Shown piece by piece: positions 40,765-51,118 of a stretch of 64,000 nucleotides of DNA (positions are counted from its first letter, which is position 1; each line of letters opens with the position of its first letter). The stretch is from the NCBI GenBank assembly GCA_047285305.1, contig JBJBDL010000003.1, positions 1,376,001 to 1,440,000 of the forward strand, written 5' to 3'. A program made the position numbers and the translations under genes. The DNA comes from Synechococcus sp. (GTDB lineage Bacteria > Cyanobacteriota > Cyanobacteriia > PCC-6307 > Cyanobiaceae). A model generated the notes under the pieces. The model was not told where the DNA came from. It ran no database searches and saw only the letters and a program-made list of their open reading frames with translations.

Positions 40765-41209
40765 ACCAGCGCTCCAGCTGCTCCCTCGCCTCCGGCTCGC
40801 GCACGCCCTGAATCACCTTCATGTTGTGATGGGCACTGCCATGGGTGGAGAGGTCAAGGCTTCCCCCCAGGCCACCACGCTTGGGATCTGACGCCGCAAA
40901 AATCACAGTTCCCATGCGGGCCTGCACCAAGGCCCCCGCACACATGGGGCATGGTTCGAGGGTAACGATCAGGGTGCAGGTGTTGAATCTCCAGTCGTCC
41001 TGAACGATCGCTGCCTGTTGCAAGGCCACCAGTTCGGCATGCCCGAGGGGATCCCTGTCGTTCTGGCGCCGGTTGCGTCCATGGCCGATGGCTCGTCCCT
41101 GTCCATCCAGGATCACAGCGGCCACCGGAACTTCTCCTTCCGCTCCAGCCTCCTCAGCGCGCTGGAGCAGAACATCCATCCAGCGAGTGAACTCATCCCG
41201 CTGATCCAC
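40736..41209 (-). CDS. tadA: tRNA adenosine(34) deaminase
   Basis: GEVPVAA, HAE, TLEPCPMCAGA; start uncertain (41179-41239). Confidence 0.92.
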   Translation of the reverse strand: MDQRDEFTRWMDVLLQRAEEAGAEGEVPVAAVILDGQGRAIGHGRNRRQNDRDPLGHAELVALQQAAIVQDDWRFNTCTLIVTLEPCPMCAGALVQARMGTVIFAASDPKRGGLGGSLDLSTHGSAHHNMKVIQGVREPEAREQLERWFRQRRRRNR

Positions 41210-41228
41210 CGCTGTTCCACCTTGTCCT

Positions 41229-42689
41229 TTGAGCACCATCCCACGAGACGCGAAGATCGGTGCAGTTCACGGGTCTCCGTTGCAAGCCTGTTCCGAGTCT
41301 CAGCACCCACCGGCTCGGCTTGCTCCGTTCGCCATCCCTTCGGCCGAAGACCCGGTGCTGAGTGACTTCTTGCATCGCACTTCGGATCTGCTTTGCCGTT
41401 GGATCGGCTCCGCTGATCGATCAAGCCCGGTCCCCGTCATGCGCCCCTTGCCTGACGTGGCACCAGGGCTTGATGGGGCCAGCGTTGAATCGCTGCTCAG
41501 TGATCTTCAGCAGGTGATGGATGGGGCGTATCAGCCGTCCCATCCCGGTGCTCTGGCCCATCTCGATCCGCCCCCGCTTACCGCGTCCATTGCGGCGGAA
41601 TTGGTCTGTGCAGGTCTCAATAACAACCTCCTTGCAGAGGAGCTTTCGCCTGGTCTGACCGCCCTGGAACATGACCTCTGCCGCTGGTTCTGCCACAGGA
41701 TTGGCTTGCCCTCCGGTTCCGGAGGGGTGCTGGCCAGCGGCGGGACCCTGAGCAATCTCATGGCCCTGGTGGCGGCACGGGCGGCGTTGGGGGCTACCCA
41801 TCAGGATCCTGTGCTGCTGTGCAGCCAAGACGCTCACGTCTCCATCAACAAGGCCGCAAAGGTAATGGGGCTGGCGGATGATGCCCTTCAGACGCTTCCC
41901 GTGGCCGCGGATGGTGGTCTTTGCCTCGAGGCTTTGAACAAGCGTTTGAAATCTCTGCAAGCGGAGGGGCGGCCTTGTCTGGCGGTGGTGGCCACGGCCG
42001 GCACCACGGTGCGCGGAGCCATTGATCCTCTCTCGGATCTGGCAACCCTCTGCAGTGATGCCGGGGTCTGGTTGCACGTTGATGCGGCCATCGGCGGTGT
42101 GTTCGCGCTCACGGCCCGCTATGCCTCCCTGATGGATGGCATGGAACTTGCCGATTCGATCACGCTGAATCCCCAGAAATTGCTGGGCATCACCAAGGCG
42201 TCATCCCTGCTGTTGCTTCGGGATCGCACCCATCTCCGCCAGGCCTTTTCAACAGGATTGCCCTACATGGAGGCGCCCAGGGGTATGGATCACGGCGGGG
42301 AGATCGGCTTGCAGGGCACCCGACCTGCAGAGATCCTCAAGCTTTGGCTGGGCCTGCGTCAGTTGGGTGAGGCGGGTATCGAAGCAACGCTCAGCGGAGC
42401 TTTGCAACGGCGAATCGCATTCGCAGCCCAATTGGACCCTGAGAAGTTCACGTTGTTGGCGGGTGACCTGCACCTGCTGGCCTTCCATCCCAGACACGGG
42501 GATGTGGCTGCAGCCGGCCGTTGGAGTGAAGACAGCCGGCAAATGCTGCTTTCTCACGGCTACATGTTGTCGCGACCCTTCTACGGCAACCGTTTCTGCC
42601 TCAAGGCGGTTTTTGGAAATCCCCACACCACGGCTCAGCACCTCAGCGACCTGTCGGGACGACTGAATGGATCGCTGTCTCCAGCCTGA
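41229..42689 (+). CDS. Group II PLP-dependent decarboxylase (GAD/CSAD/DABA-DC family)
   Basis: SGGTLSN, HVSINKAA, TAGTT..GAIDPL, WLHVDAAIGG, DSITLNPQK; start uncertain. Confidence 0.9.
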   Translation: MSTIPRDAKIGAVHGSPLQACSESQHPPARLAPFAIPSAEDPVLSDFLHRTSDLLCRWIGSADRSSPVPVMRPLPDVAPGLDGASVESLLSDLQQVMDGAYQPSHPGALAHLDPPPLTASIAAELVCAGLNNNLLAEELSPGLTALEHDLCRWFCHRIGLPSGSGGVLASGGTLSNLMALVAARAALGATHQDPVLLCSQDAHVSINKAAKVMGLADDALQTLPVAADGGLCLEALNKRLKSLQAEGRPCLAVVATAGTTVRGAIDPLSDLATLCSDAGVWLHVDAAIGGVFALTARYASLMDGMELADSITLNPQKLLGITKASSLLLLRDRTHLRQAFSTGLPYMEAPRGMDHGGEIGLQGTRPAEILKLWLGLRQLGEAGIEATLSGALQRRIAFAAQLDPEKFTLLAGDLHLLAFHPRHGDVAAAGRWSEDSRQMLLSHGYMLSRPFYGNRFCLKAVFGNPHTTAQHLSDLSGRLNGSLSPA

Positions 42690-42722
42690 TCGTTCAAAAT
42701 CGCCATCGTTTGAGACGCACCG

Positions 42723-42965
42723 ATGCCGGAACAGCAGCAGGGTTCACGCTGGGTTGCCATCGTCACCGGGGCGATCTCCGTGGCGATTGGTGTGCTCTAT
42801 CTGCTCCTGATCACAGTTCTGGATGCCCGGGGGCCGATGCTTCCCCCTCCTGCTGAGGCCCTGGCCGGGGGGGAAGACGTCCCGCCGCGGACGTCTGAAG
42901 CGGTTCAACCACTTGCCGCATGGCACTCGCCAGAAAGCGCTGTAGTGAGAGTTCCCGTCGGTTGA
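42723..42965 (+). CDS. Small single-TM hypothetical protein
   Basis: WVAIVTGAISVAIGVLYLLLITVLD followed by GPMLPPP. Confidence 0.65.
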   Translation: MPEQQQGSRWVAIVTGAISVAIGVLYLLLITVLDARGPMLPPPAEALAGGEDVPPRTSEAVQPLAAWHSPESAVVRVPVG

Positions 42966-44400
42966 GCTCAAAGGCCTGTTGAACCACGGTTTGCATACCA
43001 CCGTCACCCCAGTCCTGGTCCTGTTCGAAGTAGCGCATGAAACTGCTTCCTGCGATTCGGGTGAGCCATGCGGTCACCACCCCCTGGAGCACCTGCCCCA
43101 GCACCAGAGTGGGCAAGCTCAGGCTCAGGCTGGTGCCCAGCAAGCTCATGGCCCCTTTGACGATGCCCAACTTGCCGAGGGTTTGTCCAAGGGACATGGC
43201 CAGATCCTTAGCGCGATCACGGGACATCTCGACCCCGTAAATCTTGGCCATCTCAAGGATCATCTGGGCATTCACCGCTGCGGTGCTCAACAGATCCACC
43301 CCTGGCAGCGGGTTGGCAGCGACAATCCCCGCTCCCATCCAGCTGTAGCGGTCAATGCAGCGTTTGGCTTCCCGAGACCGCTGGTCGTTCAACAGGTCGC
43401 GCCCACGGCTGTCGAGGGATCGGCATTGCAGAAGGATGTTGTCGGAAATCAATTCCTCACCCTCGGCGTGCAGCACAACGGCGAGGCGCTGCAGCAGATC
43501 GCTGACGTCAGGCAGCGGCTGCAGCGGGCGACGGCCGGGTTGAGGAATCGATTGAGGAGAGGCACTGCAGGCCACTACATCAGCAGCGTTGAGCTGTCCC
43601 TGGCAACGGGAGTGAAGCACCTGTAGGAGCCTTTTCTCCTCGTCAATTCCGCGCAAATCCCGCTTGTTCAACACCAGGAGCAGCCGCTTGCCGAGCCCGG
43701 CGAGAGAGGTCACGACGGCGTATTCCGAGGCTCTGAGGTCCCCGTCCACCACCACAATTAAAAGATCGGCACGAACCGCCCGACGACGGGCTGTTTCCTC
43801 CCGGCTGAGTCCTTCGTCTCCGGCTTCCAGGATTCCTGGGGTGTCCACGAGCTGAAGACCACGCTCAAGGCCTCTCAAACGCAGGCGGTAGGCGCGGCTG
43901 GTTTTGGTCACGCCCATGGGCGCTCCCACATCGCCGACCATTTCGTTGAGTAGGGCACGGATCAGCGATGTCTTGCCGCTGGATCCAGTGCCGAACACCA
44001 CAACCACCAGATCGCCTCGCTTCAGTTCCTCAGCGACCCGATCGCGTTCGTTCTGAAGGCTGCGGCGACTGATGTCGTCCTGAATGCGTTCGATCAGACG
44101 ATCCACATGGCCGAGGCTGGTGGTCGCGGCATCCCGCCGGTTCTGAGGAGTGGCGGTGGCTTGGCGTGGGCGTTGGGTTGGGCGTGATTTCAGGCGTTTC
44201 CAGATCGGCCAACCCACCTGCACCGCCAGGGTGGCCACCAGCGCGAACCCCAGCAGCAGCAGCGGCGTGAGCAACCAGGTAGGCAGGAAGTAACTCAGAT
44301 CCCACAGCAGGCTGCGGATGGTCTGAACGGCAGCGCCGATCAGCACGAGTGCCACAAAGCCAACGGCGAGACCGATCAGCAACCGGGTTTGGCGTTTCAT
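42811..44400 (-). CDS. YcjF/DUF697-associated GTP-binding membrane protein
   Basis: N-terminal TMs, G1 GTGSSGKT, G3 DTPG, G4 NKRD, C-terminal NPLPGVDL. Confidence 0.88.
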   Translation of the reverse strand: MKRQTRLLIGLAVGFVALVLIGAAVQTIRSLLWDLSYFLPTWLLTPLLLLGFALVATLAVQVGWPIWKRLKSRPTQRPRQATATPQNRRDAATTSLGHVDRLIERIQDDISRRSLQNERDRVAEELKRGDLVVVVFGTGSSGKTSLIRALLNEMVGDVGAPMGVTKTSRAYRLRLRGLERGLQLVDTPGILEAGDEGLSREETARRRAVRADLLIVVVDGDLRASEYAVVTSLAGLGKRLLLVLNKRDLRGIDEEKRLLQVLHSRCQGQLNAADVVACSASPQSIPQPGRRPLQPLPDVSDLLQRLAVVLHAEGEELISDNILLQCRSLDSRGRDLLNDQRSREAKRCIDRYSWMGAGIVAANPLPGVDLLSTAAVNAQMILEMAKIYGVEMSRDRAKDLAMSLGQTLGKLGIVKGAMSLLGTSLSLSLPTLVLGQVLQGVVTAWLTRIAGSSFMRYFEQDQDWGDGGMQTVVQQAFELNRRELSLQRFLASAMRQVVEPLQTSAAGRLPPRPGPQQEGEASAPGHPEL

Positions 44401-44434
44401 GCCTGCGTCACACCAGCCTCAGGACAAGTTTGGG

Positions 44435-44911
44435 TCAGCCACGGCTGCTGTCACCCCGGCGGGTCCAAAGGTCGATGGCGAAGCAGAGCACTGCGAGATT
44501 GATGGCGACATCTGCCCCGTTGAAGATCGGAAACTCGACCGGTTCGAGGGCCAGAAAATCCACCACATGGCCTAGACGCCAACGGTCAAGCCCATTGCCA
44601 ACGGTTCCGCCCAGAAGCGCTGCTGCGGCGAGGGCCTGCCAGAACGGCAGCACCCGTTCACGCCAGATCCACAGGATCAGCCCGATGCCTACCCCCAAGC
44701 TGAGCAGCCCGAGTAGGGCAGTGGAATCTTGCAGAACACTGAAGGCTGCGCCGGTGTTGTGCACCAATTGCAGCGAGAGCACATGCGGTAGCAGGGGTAG
44801 GGATTGGCCCCCTCGCAAGGCGCTCGAGGCCGCTCCCTTGCTCAGCTGATCCACCACCACGATGACCAGGGCAATCAGCAGGGTTGAGCGACGTGGAAGT
44901 GGTCTCGTCAT
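44435..44911 (-). CDS. lspA: Lipoprotein signal peptidase II
   Basis: DQLSK, NTGAAFS, GNGLDR, VVDF, FNGADVAI. Confidence 0.96.
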   Translation of the reverse strand: MTRPLPRRSTLLIALVIVVVDQLSKGAASSALRGGQSLPLLPHVLSLQLVHNTGAAFSVLQDSTALLGLLSLGVGIGLILWIWRERVLPFWQALAAAALLGGTVGNGLDRWRLGHVVDFLALEPVEFPIFNGADVAINLAVLCFAIDLWTRRGDSSRG

Positions 44912-45477
44912 GGCTCGATGATCAACAACCGGCGCAGCACAATTGACAGGAATCCTGCACCGATGCAGAGCAGCATCTGAGCCGGTAGCGGACCGATTGA
45001 AAACTGCATCAGCAGCTCGGGGAAGCCAAGGCTCCATCGCCCCAGCAGCGCCCCGAGGGCGAGATTCAGCACCCCGCAGATCTGGAGAACAAGCAAACCA
45101 GCCAGGGCGCAGAGCGACTGTCTGGGCAGGTCATCAATGCCGTCCTGCTGCGCCAGTCGACCGGTGAGCCAGGCCGCGGGCACGAAGCCCGCGAGATAGC
45201 CGAAACCCGGCTCAAGAACGTAGTTCAGCCCCCCACCGCCATGGAACACAGGCAGGCTGAACAATCCCAGGGTCAGATAGCCAACAGCAGCCATCACGCC
45301 GGCACGTGGGCCACTGACCATCGCGCAGAGAAGCAGTGCTGGCACCTGCCACGTAACCGGCAGGGGGAGAAGGATCGGCTCGGGAGCAGGCAGGAACAAC
45401 GCGGCCGGTACAAGACCACCGATGAGGATGGCCAGCAGACCCGCCAGGGCACCACACCAGGAGGCGAGAGCCCTCAC
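44908..45477 (-). CDS. bioY: Biotin transporter BioY
   Basis: PVTWQ, YLTLGLFSLPVFHGGGG, PGFGYLAGF. Confidence 0.9.
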   Translation of the reverse strand: MRALASWCGALAGLLAILIGGLVPAALFLPAPEPILLPLPVTWQVPALLLCAMVSGPRAGVMAAVGYLTLGLFSLPVFHGGGGLNYVLEPGFGYLAGFVPAAWLTGRLAQQDGIDDLPRQSLCALAGLLVLQICGVLNLALGALLGRWSLGFPELLMQFSIGPLPAQMLLCIGAGFLSIVLRRLLIIEP

Positions 45478-45533
45478 ATCACTTACTCAACTCGGCCCAT
45501 CCTGCTCGACAATGCAGATCCTGCCTAGTTCAG

Positions 45534-45761
45534 ATGTCGGTATCGATTGGTGATCAGCTGCGTCTGTCGCAGCAGCTTCCGTACCTCAAGTCGGCGGATC
45601 CGATGCCGATGCTGCGACCGCGGGATCTGGTGGCCGCCGGTGAAGTGGGCGAGGTGGTTGCTCTTCATCCGATGGACACGGTTGCCGTGCGTTTTCGCCG
45701 GGGCACGTTTCTGATCCCTCTCGATCGGCTTGATCCGGTGAATGCCGCTGAGGTGGACTAA
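45534..45761 (+). CDS. sipA: SipA (DUF3148) NblS-interacting protein
   Basis: PYLKSADPMPMLRP, GEVGEVV, AVRFRRGTFL. Confidence 0.82.
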   Translation: MSVSIGDQLRLSQQLPYLKSADPMPMLRPRDLVAAGEVGEVVALHPMDTVAVRFRRGTFLIPLDRLDPVNAAEVD

Positions 45762-47014
45762 GCAGCGTCCCGCCGATCCCAGCGCCGGCCGAGCTGCTCC
45801 AGCGCGGCGGAGGTTCCGCACAGGCTGAGTCGTGGTTCCCTCAGCCAACGTTTGGCGGCCTGGAGCACATCAGTCGGTGTCAGTTCCGCGAGAGCCTCCA
45901 CACAGCGCTGGTCGTGATTGTCGGGAAGCCCCTGGGCCTTTAGCTGAACCCGTCGCTCTGCCCGTTGGGAGCAGGTCTGCAGGCCCTGGGCGAGCTGACC
46001 GATGTACTTGGCCCGTGCGAGCTCGAGTGCGGCCTCACTGAGGGGTTGCTCACTCAGCTCGTCCCAGATGTTCAGCAGCAAGTCCAGCGCGAGCTCTGAG
46101 CGCTCTTCCACGCTAGAGGCCATCAGCACAAAGGGCGCCGGTCCTGCCAGGGCAGGGAAGTGTGCGGCCACGTCGTAGGCCACGCCATGGTCTTCCCGCA
46201 GGCGCTGGAACAGCAGGCTCGACATGCCCACCCCCAGATGGCACTGCAACAGACGCAACGCCAGTTCATCCGGGTGGCCATGCCCCAGCGTCGCCTGCCC
46301 AATCATCAGAACCACCTGTTCGGTGTCCATCGGTTGGAGCTGGATCGTCTCGGTTCCCACCGCTTCGGCGTAGGGCCGGCGGACTGAGCGATCTGTGCTG
46401 CTCCCTACTGGCCAGTCGCGAAAGTCCTCAAGTGAGCCAATCGTGTCAATGAGTTGCGGCGGGACGCTGCCCGCCAGGGCGAGAACGCTCGATGCCCTCG
46501 GTAGCCGTTCGGCCAGGGGAAGAAGCGCCTTCCGATCCAAGTCATCCAGCTCCTCAGCGATGCCCATCGGGTCGTGGCCGTAGCCCCCGTTGCCATAGGT
46601 CAGCTGCCTCCATCCGGTCGTGGCGCAATGGAAGGGGTCCTCCTGCTGGCGTTGCAAGGCCTGAATCGTGAGCGAACGTTCAAGGGCCACCTGGCCAGGC
46701 TCAAGCTGGGGGGAACGAACCATCTGTGCCAGCAGGGGCAGGAGCTGCTCCGCGTCTTCCACCGTGCAGCGCAGGCTCAGCACGAGAGCATCCTCCTGGG
46801 CATCACAGCGCAGACCTGCTCCGCATCCCTCAACAAGGTCCGCCAGGTCAACGTGGTTGTGTTGTCCACAGCCGCGGCTGAGCAGAGATGCCAGCAGGTC
46901 ATGGGCACCGCGTGTTCCTGCAGGGTCGTCGGCGCTGCCGAAAGGAAGAAGCAGTTTCGCGGCCAGAATCCCTGGGCTGGAGACCGGTTCGATCAGCAGT
47001 TCGGGGTTGCTCAT
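45758..47014 (-). CDS. M16 family peptidase, non-catalytic subunit
   Basis: M16 fold motifs (GMSSLLFQRLRE..GVAY); HxxEH is replaced by HDLLASLL. Confidence 0.85.
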   Translation of the reverse strand: MSNPELLIEPVSSPGILAAKLLLPFGSADDPAGTRGAHDLLASLLSRGCGQHNHVDLADLVEGCGAGLRCDAQEDALVLSLRCTVEDAEQLLPLLAQMVRSPQLEPGQVALERSLTIQALQRQQEDPFHCATTGWRQLTYGNGGYGHDPMGIAEELDDLDRKALLPLAERLPRASSVLALAGSVPPQLIDTIGSLEDFRDWPVGSSTDRSVRRPYAEAVGTETIQLQPMDTEQVVLMIGQATLGHGHPDELALRLLQCHLGVGMSSLLFQRLREDHGVAYDVAAHFPALAGPAPFVLMASSVEERSELALDLLLNIWDELSEQPLSEAALELARAKYIGQLAQGLQTCSQRAERRVQLKAQGLPDNHDQRCVEALAELTPTDVLQAAKRWLREPRLSLCGTSAALEQLGRRWDRRDAA

Positions 47015-48294
47015 CCGTTCTTCATCTTTGCTTGGGCGGTCAGGACAAACGCCTGTTCGGGTTGAAGCCTGGGAAACAGGTCTGAGCGAAGCCGCTCCGC
47101 CGTCCATGGCGGGAGGAAGGCCAGGGGTTGGAGCAGATCCTGCTGCCGGTCCCAGAGGGTCTGGCTGGCGCTGAGCCCAGACACCTGGCCCGTCGATTCC
47201 AAGGCATAGCGCAGTCCGTTGCTCACCAGCTGTTGGCCCCGTTTCAGCTCCTGATCGCTGACGAGCTCCTCTGCCATGGCGCGCAGCTGCCGGTTCACCT
47301 CGTCTTCCACAGCCTCTAGATGCTCGTCCGGGCAGATCACCTCCAGCGTGATCAGGCTTCCCTGCTCCAGAACAGAGAGGTCCATCGACACGCTTTCAAC
47401 GATCTGCAGTTCCTCCCTCAAGCGGTTCACGAGACGACTGCGTCGTCCCTCCCCCAGCAGGGTTGTGGCGAGATCAGCTGCCATCACGCCTGTCTGATCC
47501 TGGGCCCGTGGAGCTTCCCAGAGCATCAGTAGTCGAGCGGATTCGAGCCGGTCAACAACAATGCTTTCGCGTCCAGGACGCACGCTCAGGGGCGATGACG
47601 GTGATGAGGGCTCAGGCGCATCTAGGAGGTCCGCCAGAGCCGAGGACCTCAGGGCACTGCGCAGCTCCACTGATGCAGGCCCGGCCATCGCCAGGCAGCA
47701 GTTGGACCCGCGGTACTGCCGCTGATGAAACACCCTCATGGCCCCGGGCGTCATGGCCTCCAGGCTGGAGGGTGTACCCAGGATGGGGCGGCCGTAGGGG
47801 TGCTGGTCACAGCCCTTGCTCAACAGCAGTTGCAGCACCTGCTCATTGGGTTGATCGGCGTATTGAGCGATCTCTTCAAGCACCACTCCCCGTTCCATGT
47901 TGAACCCGTCAGGTTCGAGGCTTGGCTGCAACACCAGTTCCAACAACAGATCCAACGCTTCGCGGGCTCGATCCGGTGGTGTCAGCACGTGGAAGTGAAC
48001 GTCATCAAAGCCTGTGGCGGCATTGCTGCTGCCCCCCAGAGCTTCGATGGCTTCATCGAATGCCCCTGCGGCCAGCTGATCACTTCCCTTGAACACCATG
48101 TGCTCTAGGAAATGGGCCATGCCCTCTTCCCCTGGCTGCTCACAGGCACTCCCGGCACGGCACCAGAGATCGAGACAGGTCAGGGGTGCATCCGGCATGT
48201 CCGCCGTCACGCAGCGCACTCCGTTGGGGAGGGTCCAATGGTCCAGTGGGGGACCGGAGAACAGAAGGTTCAGAACTGCGTGGCAAAGTTCCAT
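47011..48294 (-). CDS. M16 family zinc peptidase, catalytic subunit
   Basis: [13 protein letters not shown] inverted zincin motif, [16 protein letters not shown]. Confidence 0.92.
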   Translation of the reverse strand: MELCHAVLNLLFSGPPLDHWTLPNGVRCVTADMPDAPLTCLDLWCRAGSACEQPGEEGMAHFLEHMVFKGSDQLAAGAFDEAIEALGGSSNAATGFDDVHFHVLTPPDRAREALDLLLELVLQPSLEPDGFNMERGVVLEEIAQYADQPNEQVLQLLLSKGCDQHPYGRPILGTPSSLEAMTPGAMRVFHQRQYRGSNCCLAMAGPASVELRSALRSSALADLLDAPEPSSPSSPLSVRPGRESIVVDRLESARLLMLWEAPRAQDQTGVMAADLATTLLGEGRRSRLVNRLREELQIVESVSMDLSVLEQGSLITLEVICPDEHLEAVEDEVNRQLRAMAEELVSDQELKRGQQLVSNGLRYALESTGQVSGLSASQTLWDRQQDLLQPLAFLPPWTAERLRSDLFPRLQPEQAFVLTAQAKMKNG

Positions 48295-48312
48295 TCTGTG
48301 CCTGCCCCTTCG

Positions 48313-49056
48313 ATGCAGCCCAAGCCGCTGGCGCCACCGCCAGGACAGCATCCCCTCGTGCAGGCCTTGGCGGCATCGATACGTAGTGCCTGGGCGGGAT
48401 TGCCTGGATTGGAGATCCTCCCTTGCGATGAGGATTTGCGCTTCATCCAGGGGCAACTCGATGGCGAAGGCCTATCGATCGGCAACGAGCTTTTTCGCTG
48501 TATCGGACTTCGCAAGCTTCATTTGGAGGTTGCGCGACTCGGCAACGGCCTGCAGATCCTCCACAGCGTCTGGTTCCCAGATCCCCACTACGACTTGCCG
48601 ATCTTCGGGGCCGACATCGTGGCCGGCCCTGCAGGCATCTCCGCCGCGATCGTTGATCTGTCCCCCACCTCCGATGCCTTGCCGGAGCAACTGATTCAGC
48701 GGCTTGAGGCCAGGCCATGGCCGGCGTTCCGTCAGGTTCGGGAGCTGCCCGCCTGGGGATCAGCCATCTTCTCCAACAAGGTGTGCTTCATCCGTCCCGA
48801 TGGTGCTGACGAGGAAGCAGCCTTTCAGGAGCTGTTGAGCCACTACCTGCAGGTGATGGCCACCAGCGTGATCGAGGCGACTCCCGAACCGTCAACGGCT
48901 CTCACTACAGTCCGCCGGTACGAGGGTCAGTTGAACTATTGCCTTCAGCAGAAACGCAACGACAAGACTCGCCGCGTGCTCGAGAAGGCCTTCGATTCAG
49001 CCTGGGCCGATCGCTACATCGACATGCTTCTGTTCGACAACCCACCGGAACTCTGA
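48313..49056 (+). CDS. pcyA: Phycocyanobilin:ferredoxin oxidoreductase
   Basis: [43 protein letters not shown]. Confidence 0.95.
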   Translation: MQPKPLAPPPGQHPLVQALAASIRSAWAGLPGLEILPCDEDLRFIQGQLDGEGLSIGNELFRCIGLRKLHLEVARLGNGLQILHSVWFPDPHYDLPIFGADIVAGPAGISAAIVDLSPTSDALPEQLIQRLEARPWPAFRQVRELPAWGSAIFSNKVCFIRPDGADEEAAFQELLSHYLQVMATSVIEATPEPSTALTTVRRYEGQLNYCLQQKRNDKTRRVLEKAFDSAWADRYIDMLLFDNPPEL

Positions 49057-49952
49057 TGACCCCCAAGCGCTGGTCTGTTCTGGCTGGAAGTTTGGTCATT
49101 GCGGTCTTCGGTGGCTGGTTGCTGCGGCCGACGCCCGAACCCAAGCCGGTTGAACCGACGCCTGTACGCACGGTTCGTCCCGAAGCAGTCGCTGCCCTGG
49201 GGCAGCTGGAGCCTGCCGGGGACATACGCAATCTGGCGGCTCCCAATGCGGGGATGGCGGGGACACCCCGGGTGGCAGCTCTCAATGTGAATGAGGGTGA
49301 TCCGATCAAGACTGGCCAGGTGTTGGCGTCCTTCGATAACCGGGATGGCCTCCTCGCTGATCTGGAGCGTGTCGATGCGCAGCTGCGCAGCCTCGACCAA
49401 GAGATACAGCTTCAGGCCCTTGAGGTGGAGCGCTTCAGCAAAGCCGCCGATTGGGGTGCGGCCGAATTGACTCTGGTGGACAACAAGCGTGAAGAGCTGG
49501 TGCGTCTTCAGGGAAAGCGGGATCAGGCCCTAGCGGAGCGCAAAGGGCTTCAGGCCGACCTCGTGCTCAGTCAGCTGATTTCGCCCATTGATGGTGTTGT
49601 GCTCAAGCTGCATGCCCGTGCAGGCGAGCGCCCCGGTGCAGAGGGGGTGATGGATGTGGGGGCCAACCAGGCGATGCAGGCCAGCATCGAGGTCTACGAA
49701 TCCGATATTTCCCTGATCCGCCTCGACCAGTCCGTGAGCCTCATCAGCGAGAACGGTGGTTTCCGCGGTGAACTCGTCGGGCGCGTCCTGCGTATCAGCC
49801 CGCAGGTGGAACAACGGTCTGTTCTCTCCACCGATCCCACCGGCGATGCCGACGCCCGCGTTGTGGTGGTTGATGTGGTTCTCAACCCTGAAGATGCCGC
49901 CAAGGTCAGTCGTCTGGCGGGTTTGAAGGTGATCGCCCGCTTTGATCCATGA
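49056..49952 (+). CDS. devB: HlyD-family membrane fusion protein, DevB-like
   Basis: VAALGQLEPAG, SPIDG.VL, EVYESDI, DARVV; first gene of the devBCA cluster. Confidence 0.85.
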   Translation: MTPKRWSVLAGSLVIAVFGGWLLRPTPEPKPVEPTPVRTVRPEAVAALGQLEPAGDIRNLAAPNAGMAGTPRVAALNVNEGDPIKTGQVLASFDNRDGLLADLERVDAQLRSLDQEIQLQALEVERFSKAADWGAAELTLVDNKREELVRLQGKRDQALAERKGLQADLVLSQLISPIDGVVLKLHARAGERPGAEGVMDVGANQAMQASIEVYESDISLIRLDQSVSLISENGGFRGELVGRVLRISPQVEQRSVLSTDPTGDADARVVVVDVVLNPEDAAKVSRLAGLKVIARFDP

Positions 49953-51118
49953 ATCGGTTCTGGCGGGGCCGTCGGATTCCCCTTTCTTGGTTGTTGCTGA
50001 CGCGCCAGCCCGTTCGCTTGCTGGTCGCGCTTGCCGGCATCAGCTTCGCGGGAATTCTGATGTTTATGCAGCTCGGATTCCGTGATGGCCTCTTTGATGC
50101 AAGCGTCACGGCGCATAGGCTGTTCGATGCCGATGTCGTTCTGATCAGTCCCCGCTCCGCCAGCTCTGTGAGCATGGAAGCCTTCCCAAGGCGGCGGCTG
50201 ATTCAGACCTTGGCTGATCCCGATGTCGAGGGGGTGACCCCGGTGCACTGGGGGCTGATGCTCTGGCGAAATCCGGAAACTCGGCGCAACCGGTCGATCC
50301 TGGCCTTGGGTTTCAATCCCGACGCCCCCTTTTTTGTCGATCCCTCCCTGGCTGAGAAAACTGACGCTCTAAAGCAGAAAGGGCGGATCCTCTTCGACCA
50401 GTTGTCACGCCCTGAATTCGGACCTATTGCCGATTGGTATCGCGATGGCCGGGTGGTGGAAACCGAGATCGCTGGCAACCGCGTCCGGGTGGCGGGTCTG
50501 GTGAGCTTGGGCACCAGCTTCGGTGCCGACGGCAACATGCTCACGAGCACTGAGACGTTTCTCGATCTGATGCCTCAGAAGCCGCCTGGGGCGATTGAGG
50601 TGGGTCTGGTGCGGTTGAAGCCAGGCGCGGATCCTGAGCAGGTGGTGTCCCGATTAAGCCAGCGACTGCCCAAGGATGTTTCGGTGCTGACAAAGCAGGG
50701 CTTCATTGATTTCGAGCAGAACTACTGGAAGAGCAGTACCTCCATCGGTTTTATCTTCACCCTCGGCGCTGCCATGGGCTTCGTGGTGGGCTGCGTGATC
50801 GTTTATCAGGTGCTGTACACAGATGTGAGTGACCACCTGCCGGAGTACGCCACCTTGATGGCCATGGGCTATCGGCTCAGCCATCTGTTGGGAGTGGTGG
50901 TCCGTGAGGGCTTCTATCTGGCGGCGATGGGGTACGTCCCCGCCTACCTGGCCGGTCAGGGGCTGTACTGGTTCGTTCGTGACGCCACCAAGCTGCCCGT
51001 CGGCATGGATCTGTCCCGGGCGTTGACCGTTCTGGTGATGATCCTGGTGATGTGCATGTTGTCGTCGTTCCTGGCCATGCGTCGTCTCATCGATGCAGAC
51101 CCTGCGGAGATCTTCTGA
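49949..51118 (+). CDS. devC: ABC transporter permease DevC
   Basis: LAGISFAGILMFMQLGF, YQVLYTDVSDHLPEYATL, ADPAEIF. Confidence 0.92.
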   Translation: MNRFWRGRRIPLSWLLLTRQPVRLLVALAGISFAGILMFMQLGFRDGLFDASVTAHRLFDADVVLISPRSASSVSMEAFPRRRLIQTLADPDVEGVTPVHWGLMLWRNPETRRNRSILALGFNPDAPFFVDPSLAEKTDALKQKGRILFDQLSRPEFGPIADWYRDGRVVETEIAGNRVRVAGLVSLGTSFGADGNMLTSTETFLDLMPQKPPGAIEVGLVRLKPGADPEQVVSRLSQRLPKDVSVLTKQGFIDFEQNYWKSSTSIGFIFTLGAAMGFVVGCVIVYQVLYTDVSDHLPEYATLMAMGYRLSHLLGVVVREGFYLAAMGYVPAYLAGQGLYWFVRDATKLPVGMDLSRALTVLVMILVMCMLSSFLAMRRLIDADPAEIF

